The notes below the pieces were generated by a model. It saw nothing but the letters and a program-made list of their open reading frames with translations, searched no databases and had not been told where the DNA came from. Shown here piece after piece: positions 14,910 through 20,000 of a stretch of DNA of 20,000 nucleotides. Every line of letters starts with the position of its first letter. Within the stretch, counting starts at the first letter, position 1. The stretch is from an uncultured virus (IMG/VR IMGVR_UViG_3300025174_000013). Lineage: Duplodnaviria > Heunggongvirae > Uroviricota > Caudoviricetes. The stretch lies in the IMG/VR virus record IMGVR_UViG_3300025174_000013, positions 55,145-75,144 of that record. One strand, given 5' to 3'. The translations under genes were made by a program, and so were the position numbers.

Positions 14910-16744
14910 ATAAAAAATTCATAGATGATAAGTTTTACTCTGACTTTGAAAAAATAACATCTTCGGAAGTAGATTTACCAACATTACCAATGGATCCAAT
15001 GAAGTGGATAGAAGAAGCTAGACCATTTGTTGAAGGAAGACCACGTTCATTCCTAATAGCACCATTTTGGGATGACATTTACAGGGATAACAATACACAT
15101 AAGTTTATTATAGGTGGGCGACAAATATTCAAATCTACTTATACTACCGATATATTGGCACATGAAACAACAGCTTTTCCAAAGTCTCAAGTTTGTTACG
15201 TTACTTTTGATGATGTGAATAAGGCAGGATTTTCAAGGCAGAAATTACAATATGGTACATTTGAGCCAAATCCAATACTAAAACAATTTCCAAGGCATGA
15301 TTTGGGTAACGTGGGGGAAATTTCGCTAAAGAATGGTAGCACAATATACATTACTACAGATCATGGACAATACAGGCATGTAGAAGGTAAATCATTAGAT
15401 CATGTTATGTTAGATGAAGCACAATATCAAGATATACAATATTTTGACAAAGTAACATTAACAATGACACAAACCATGGGTAAGATTACAGTATTAGGAA
15501 TTGGTGGAGAAAGTGGATCACCTTATGAAGAATTATGGCGTAGAACAGATCAACGAAAATGGATATATGATGATCTTAATTGGCGTGAGAAATTGCAGTT
15601 TGGACTAGTTAAGAATCACAGAGGACAAGAAAAACATGGATTAATTATAGGCGAATACTTGAAAGAAGTATTGCGTGGACATTGGGAAGTAACAAATCCA
15701 CGAGCAACACATTGGCACGGATATTATTTACCACAACATATATTTCCATCTATTCCATTAACAATAGAATCAGCAATTAATGATTATGATGTAGATCCAA
15801 TTTACTCAATAGAATATAAGAGAAAACATATGAATAGAGCACTTTATACTTCTCACGTATTGGGATCATTCTACAAGGCACAAAGAAGACCAATTACAAA
15901 CGAAATGATAGAAGCATGTATGAAGAATTATTATTACATGAAATTATTGACTCCAGAGCAAATAGGAGATATTAAGGATACATATGGAGACAGAGTATTT
16001 ATTTCAATGGGAGTGGACTTTGGTTCTGGCAGTCCGTCACAAACTGTTATATCAATTTTAATTACATGGAAAATAAAAGAATCCGATAAATTGCAGACAA
16101 GTACACATAGAATTCAATTAGCTCTTCTTGAGCCAAGACCACAGGAAAATCAATTAGACCAAGCCGAATATATTAATTGGATGTTTAAAACGGCAAAATG
16201 TGATATAGGAATAGGAGATCTTGGTTATGGAGCTAATCAAGTAATGATCATACAGGAAGGTGGTTATAACAGACAAACAGGAGTTAAATTCGCGGGAGTA
16301 GGTGCAAATAAATTTTATGGTTCAAGAACTATAGGAGACGAAACAAAACCACTAATGGAATTCACTGAGAAACAGGACGAACATGGTAAACAAAATCCAC
16401 ACATTAAGTTAGACAAATCACAAATTATACAGGAATTCATAGACTTTATGGAAGAATACGTACCACATCCAGACAATCCATTTGTTGAGGATTATCAAAG
16501 ACTAAGGTTTATGATACCAAATCATCCAGACAGCAGATCACAAATAGATTTCATATTCCATGATTGGGTGCAATTAGTTAGAGTTGACTTGCCAGAAGAA
16601 TTAGAAAAAGAAGAAATTGACAAAAGAATTTTTGCTCGGAAACAATTTTCACATCCTAGCGATTCGTTAATCTCAGTTATTTATAGTTTGCAAGGATCGA
16701 AAATTAAACAAGGGTTTCATTGGGTAACTGTCGGCAACGATTAA
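14906..16744 (+). CDS. terL: Terminase large subunit
   Basis: Walker A variant GRQIFKST, Walker B VMLDE, nuclease MGVDFG, GDLGYG, C-terminal HPSDS. Confidence 0.88.
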   Translation: MNKKFIDDKFYSDFEKITSSEVDLPTLPMDPMKWIEEARPFVEGRPRSFLIAPFWDDIYRDNNTHKFIIGGRQIFKSTYTTDILAHETTAFPKSQVCYVTFDDVNKAGFSRQKLQYGTFEPNPILKQFPRHDLGNVGEISLKNGSTIYITTDHGQYRHVEGKSLDHVMLDEAQYQDIQYFDKVTLTMTQTMGKITVLGIGGESGSPYEELWRRTDQRKWIYDDLNWREKLQFGLVKNHRGQEKHGLIIGEYLKEVLRGHWEVTNPRATHWHGYYLPQHIFPSIPLTIESAINDYDVDPIYSIEYKRKHMNRALYTSHVLGSFYKAQRRPITNEMIEACMKNYYYMKLLTPEQIGDIKDTYGDRVFISMGVDFGSGSPSQTVISILITWKIKESDKLQTSTHRIQLALLEPRPQENQLDQAEYINWMFKTAKCDIGIGDLGYGANQVMIIQEGGYNRQTGVKFAGVGANKFYGSRTIGDETKPLMEFTEKQDEHGKQNPHIKLDKSQIIQEFIDFMEEYVPHPDNPFVEDYQRLRFMIPNHPDSRSQIDFIFHDWVQLVRVDLPEELEKEEIDKRIFARKQFSHPSDSLISVIYSLQGSKIKQGFHWVTVGND

Positions 16745-16775
16745 TTTATATTACCTACATTACTACATTATATTA

Positions 16776-16855
16776 GATTCAAGCCTTTTCCAAGCCGTTA
16801 AGGTAATCTGAATCCATCATTTAATCCATGGGCGAGCACCATGTAAAAAACGCTC
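16776..16855 (+). ncRNA. Candidate small structured RNA between terL and the TerL-fragment gene
   Basis: GATTCA/TGAATC plus CCTT/AAGG hairpin, then GAGC/GCTC hairpin; TTTATATT at 16745. Confidence 0.4.
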
Positions 16856-16957
16856 ACTAATATTTTAGTATCAAATTATCACAATAGTATATAAAGATCG
16901 GTGGTTTTATGATACTAAAGCATTAGTATATATTATCTATCCAACTCAATAAATGAA

Positions 16958-17281
16958 ATGGTAAAGAAGAAAATATCACATTCAAGAATATCAAGAAATT
17001 CATTGTTGTCTATTCCCAAAATAGGAAAAATTAAGTTAAAAAAGGGTTCAATAATATATGTTGCAACAGATCACGCAGAATATCATAATGTACAAGGAAA
17101 ATCATTAACTCAATTATGGTTGGATGAATTTAAAGATCCAATAGGTGATATGCAAAAACGTTTAAAGAGAGCAAAAAGATATGTACATCAGGATTTATAT
17201 CGATTATCTCTTTATGAGATAGAAGAAGCATTAAAATTGTTTGAAATACTTAAAGAATATTTGGGCGATAATGAAAAATGA
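16958..17281 (+). CDS. Small protein carrying a TerL ATPase Walker-B segment
   Basis: aa 23-57 align without gaps to TerL aa 137-171, 20/35 identical; TATA ~16926. Confidence 0.8.
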   Translation: MVKKKISHSRISRNSLLSIPKIGKIKLKKGSIIYVATDHAEYHNVQGKSLTQLWLDEFKDPIGDMQKRLKRAKRYVHQDLYRLSLYEIEEALKLFEILKEYLGDNEK

Positions 17282-17484
17282 TAGAAGTACCAATTAAGGA
17301 TTATCAATTTACGGGGATAATTGCACTAATAGGAACTGTAATGTGGTTATCAGTAGTAAGTAACATAAATGCAAGTATAGGTCATATGTTTGTTTTTGCT
17401 ATAGGTGCTAGCATGAGTGCATTAGGATTATTAACAACATTGGTTTGTTTCTTCATGGGAGATAATGTGAGGTTTAAGATATGA
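17278..17484 (+). CDS. Small two-TM membrane protein
   Basis: Hydrophobic 68 aa, ATGA overlap. Confidence 0.65.
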   Translation: MIEVPIKDYQFTGIIALIGTVMWLSVVSNINASIGHMFVFAIGASMSALGLLTTLVCFFMGDNVRFKI

Positions 17485-17612
17485 ATAAATGTAAATTTTG
17501 TGGAAGCTATGATGGTATGAGTATGCATAACAAACCATATGAATCAAGTGAGCCAGACTTTGGTTTTATTTGTAGAACATGTGGAAGAGTTTCACTAGAG
17601 GAGCCAGAATGA
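17481..17612 (+). CDS. 43-aa Zn-finger microprotein
   Basis: CKFCGS...CRTCG; ATGA overlaps at both ends. Confidence 0.65.
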   Translation: MNKCKFCGSYDGMSMHNKPYESSEPDFGFICRTCGRVSLEEPE

Positions 17613-17995
17613 CCGCAGAAGAAGACGAAATCATAGTAAAAGCTAATGAGATTATAAGTAGAAGAAATAACGAAAAACGAAATAAAGAAGAACAAAACAT
17701 TATAAAAACATTACAGAATAAGGTAGGCAAATATTATAGAACATATGAATTTAATGATGAGAAGAAAAACTTTTATCGAGTATTTTATGATGATTGGAGA
17801 GATTCACAGGTCAAGGTAGAAAGATGGAATTATTCTCATGATGGATATTATGGTGTTAATCTGGAAACATGGTATAATGATCGTTCAAATGATAGCGATA
17901 AAGAGATATCCGAAACTGAATTCATGCAGGCAGTAAGTTGGTGGATGAAGAAAGTAGGGGTTTATCAAATTCTTACAATGGAAAGTGATCATTAG
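17609..17995 (+). CDS. Hypothetical protein
   Basis: Start 17609 (MTAEED) by GAGGAG RBS and ATGA overlap. Confidence 0.7.
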   Translation: MTAEEDEIIVKANEIISRRNNEKRNKEEQNIIKTLQNKVGKYYRTYEFNDEKKNFYRVFYDDWRDSQVKVERWNYSHDGYYGVNLETWYNDRSNDSDKEISETEFMQAVSWWMKKVGVYQILTMESDH

Positions 17996-18219
17996 TGAAA
18001 AAGGTTAAGATAAAAGGGCTCATTAAAATTGGCGATGAAACATTTGAATTAGGAGAAAATATCGAAGGAAAGCCAATAATGAAGGATAATAAGAAAATAG
18101 GTGAAATAACAAAAATGTATTTTGAAGGTGGAGACTTGAAATTTGAAGGAACATTAGAAACAGATAAATTGCCCGAAGTAAGCTATTCCTATAAGAAAGA
18201 GGAGAATAAAGATGCATAA
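17995..18219 (+). CDS. Hypothetical beta-rich protein
   Basis: GTG start overlapping previous stop. Confidence 0.65.
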   Translation: MKKVKIKGLIKIGDETFELGENIEGKPIMKDNKKIGEITKMYFEGGDLKFEGTLETDKLPEVSYSYKKEENKDA

Positions 18220-18547
18220 AATAGTTGAACCCGAAGAAAGATGTAAAACTTGTAATAAGGTAGACAAGTGGGCAGAAGAAGATATATTCTGTGATACTTG
18301 TGAAATAAAGATTAGTGATAAACAAGATAATTATAGGGGATATCCATTTAGCTTCAATTCGGTGGGATGTAATAATAGCGATAGTAGGAATATGGAATTT
18401 TGTTCTACAAGATGTGGGGTTGAGTGGTTGATAACAAAAGGAGCAAAATATCTCAAAAAATACCGTGAACAGGAAGGTAGAGGATTCTTTTCAATATATC
18501 TATTTGAAGATGACTTAAAATACTTGACAAAGGTGATAAAGAAATGA
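18212..18547 (+). CDS. Zn-finger protein (TRASH/FCS-like)
   Basis: CKTC, CDTC, FCSTRC; GGAGGAG-like RBS. Confidence 0.65.
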   Translation: MHKIVEPEERCKTCNKVDKWAEEDIFCDTCEIKISDKQDNYRGYPFSFNSVGCNNSDSRNMEFCSTRCGVEWLITKGAKYLKKYREQEGRGFFSIYLFEDDLKYLTKVIKK

Positions 18548-18732
18548 GTAAATTAACTACTAAAGAAGTGTTATTTATAACAATTTGTTCTCAATTTCCT
18601 ATTGGAATGATAATGGGAGTTTTATTATCACATACAACGACTAATATACATGAATTTACTTTTATTCTTGCAAGTGTTCTTTTTCCATTGAGTTTTCTTT
18701 TTTGTTGGTTCGCGGAACAGGTGAAAAAATAA
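18544..18732 (+). CDS. Small two-TM membrane protein
   Basis: GGTGA RBS, ATGA overlap, hydrophobic. Confidence 0.6.
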   Translation: MSKLTTKEVLFITICSQFPIGMIMGVLLSHTTTNIHEFTFILASVLFPLSFLFCWFAEQVKK

Positions 18733-18735
18733 GAA

Positions 18736-18897
18736 ATGATTAGAACATATTGTGATAAATGTAAAAAGGAATCTGAATTAAAAGAAATAGATGTGTATGG
18801 ATGTGGTCATGATTTTAGGAGTTCTAGGTCTTTTTGTGCAGTTTGTTATGAAGAAAATAAAAGTCTCATTAAGAAAATCATGGAGAGTAAGAAATGA
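18736..18897 (+). CDS. 53-aa Zn-finger microprotein
   Basis: CDKC...CAVC; ends KIMESKK. Confidence 0.65.
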   Translation: MIRTYCDKCKKESELKEIDVYGCGHDFRSSRSFCAVCYEENKSLIKKIMESKK

Positions 18898-19001
18898 AAA
18901 CTCTAATCGATTTACTTATTTTTATTTCAATTCCAATAAGTTTCATTTTATTATTAAGATGGAAGATGCCACGAATTAAAATCATGGAGAGTAAGAAATG
19001 A
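18874..19001 (+). repeat. 24-bp exact direct repeat AAAATCATGGAGAGTAAGAAATGA
   Basis: Copies at 18874-18897 and 18978-19001. Confidence 0.92.
18894..19001 (+). CDS. 35-aa single-TM microprotein
   Basis: MKTLIDLLIFISIPISFILLLRWKMPRIKIMESKK; ATGA overlaps at both ends. Confidence 0.55.
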   Translation: MKTLIDLLIFISIPISFILLLRWKMPRIKIMESKK

Positions 19002-19204
19002 GTGAGAAATGCCTATGCTGTAAATCATGTACACCATTTTTTAAGAAAGGTATATGTCATAATTGCTTTGATTACATTACTAAGAAATTAGGGGGTAATG
19101 ATATAGCATTAGTAATGTCATCATATCATCACAGACATCCAGAGGATAGGGAATTTGAAAAGATATTTACATATGCATACGCTGTATGGTGTGGTAGAAA
19201 ATGA
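18998..19204 (+). CDS. Zn-finger small protein
   Basis: CLCC...CHNC. Confidence 0.6.
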   Translation: MSEKCLCCKSCTPFFKKGICHNCFDYITKKLGGNDIALVMSSYHHRHPEDREFEKIFTYAYAVWCGRK

Positions 19205-19332
19205 TAGACTTTGAAGCATATGAGAAATGGTATAATGCACATATCATTTTCTGGCGAAGGGTAATAAAGAAATACTTTGAAAAAGAGTATGGGTTTATAT
19301 TATGCTTTGAACCTAAAATAGAGGGAGAATAA
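19201..19332 (+). CDS. 43-aa hypothetical microprotein
   Basis: ATGA overlap; fills the gap to the next RBS. Confidence 0.55.
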   Translation: MIDFEAYEKWYNAHIIFWRRVIKKYFEKEYGFILCFEPKIEGE

Positions 19333-19335
19333 GGA

Positions 19336-19563
19336 ATGAAAAAAGAACAATGGGAAAAATTAGAAATGGAAATGCAACGAAGTTTAAAACTTGCAGAGAA
19401 TGATAGACGGTGGATAGTCCAACATTATTTCGATAATAGGGCTAATCCAGTTGAAACGAGAATACGATTTGATAATGAAACTAGAACATCAATAATGTAT
19501 CTTAAATCAGTAATAGAAACTTTAAATTTATTACGTTCAGATGTGGGGATTGATCCAATATGA
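19336..19563 (+). CDS. Hypothetical protein
   Basis: GGGAG RBS, 75 aa. Confidence 0.65.
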   Translation: MKKEQWEKLEMEMQRSLKLAENDRRWIVQHYFDNRANPVETRIRFDNETRTSIMYLKSVIETLNLLRSDVGIDPI

Positions 19564-19751
19564 ATAAGGATAGAAAAGAATTACAGGAAACATTAAACAA
19601 ATTCAAAGGTAAAAAACTTACTAACATTAATGTTGATGAGTTTTGGTTAAATTTTGAGTTTGATGATAAAGAACTTTTAGGCATAATGGATGTAAAGTCA
19701 GAAGAAAAGAAATTGGAAAAAATAAGAGCGATATTAGATGAGTTGGTGTAA
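19560..19751 (+). CDS. Hypothetical protein
   Basis: ATGA overlap, 63 aa. Confidence 0.6.
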   Translation: MNKDRKELQETLNKFKGKKLTNINVDEFWLNFEFDDKELLGIMDVKSEEKKLEKIRAILDELV

Positions 19752-19756
19752 TTATA

Positions 19757-20000
19757 ATGATACCACGTTCAATGTGTATTACTGAAGAAGAGTTTCTGCC
19801 CGAATGGACTGCTTTCATGGAAAGATATTTAACAGAAGGAAAACGTATTGAATTACAACGTAAACATGGATTGGACATATATGAAGCAGGCAAGTGTTTA
19901 GTTGGAGAAGCACATTTTTTTGAAAAAGTATATTATAATTGTTCGTATTGTGCTGGTGTAGCATGTGGGATGATTACAATCAGTGGTTATTCATACAATG
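19757..20000 (+). CDS. Hypothetical protein, truncated by window end
   Basis: Open frame MIPRSMCITEEEFLPEW...CLVGEAH...CSYC running to 20000. Confidence 0.6.
   Translation, partial: MIPRSMCITEEEFLPEWTAFMERYLTEGKRIELQRKHGLDIYEAGKCLVGEAHFFEKVYYNCSYCAGVACGMITISGYSYN

Noticed and set aside
18791..18979. Track ORF of 62 aa
   Set aside because: Overlaps two better ORFs (18736-18897, 18894-19001) that have RBSs and ATGA coupling
77..19893. Minus-strand ORFs in the supplied track
   Set aside because: Mostly F/L/I/S-rich shadows of A-rich + strand genes or overlapping structured elements, with no motifs

Overview
AT-rich, densely coded, almost entirely + strand segment of a tailed archaeal virus (Caudoviricetes) or provirus. 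The host is most likely Nitrososphaerota/Thaumarchaeota, inferred from TATA boxes ~30 nt before leaderless starts, GGTGA/GGAGA RBSs, a matrixin-type protease, a TusA-like gene and many Zn-finger microproteins. Recognisable genes: secreted M10-type metalloprotease, amino-DNA methyltransferase, prim-pol, SprT-like protease, dual-specificity phosphatase, orphan HicB-like protein, ParB-like protein, Cys-less TusA-like protein, SF2 helicase, PD-(D/E)XK nuclease, and small and large terminase subunits. Most notable: (1) a separately promoted 107-aa gene just after TerL carrying an ungapped 57%-identical copy of the TerL Walker-B segment (candidate terminase decoy/inhibitor); (2) six structured non-coding RNA candidates, each starting ~30 nt after its own TATA box, including a kink-turn RNA and a degenerate tRNA-like cloverleaf; (3) a conserved near-palindromic promoter/operator in three copies; (4) a repeat-rich control region upstream of TerS; (5) a cassette-like small-gene array with a 24-bp junction duplication. 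All calls come from manual motif reading; no searches or folding programs were run.
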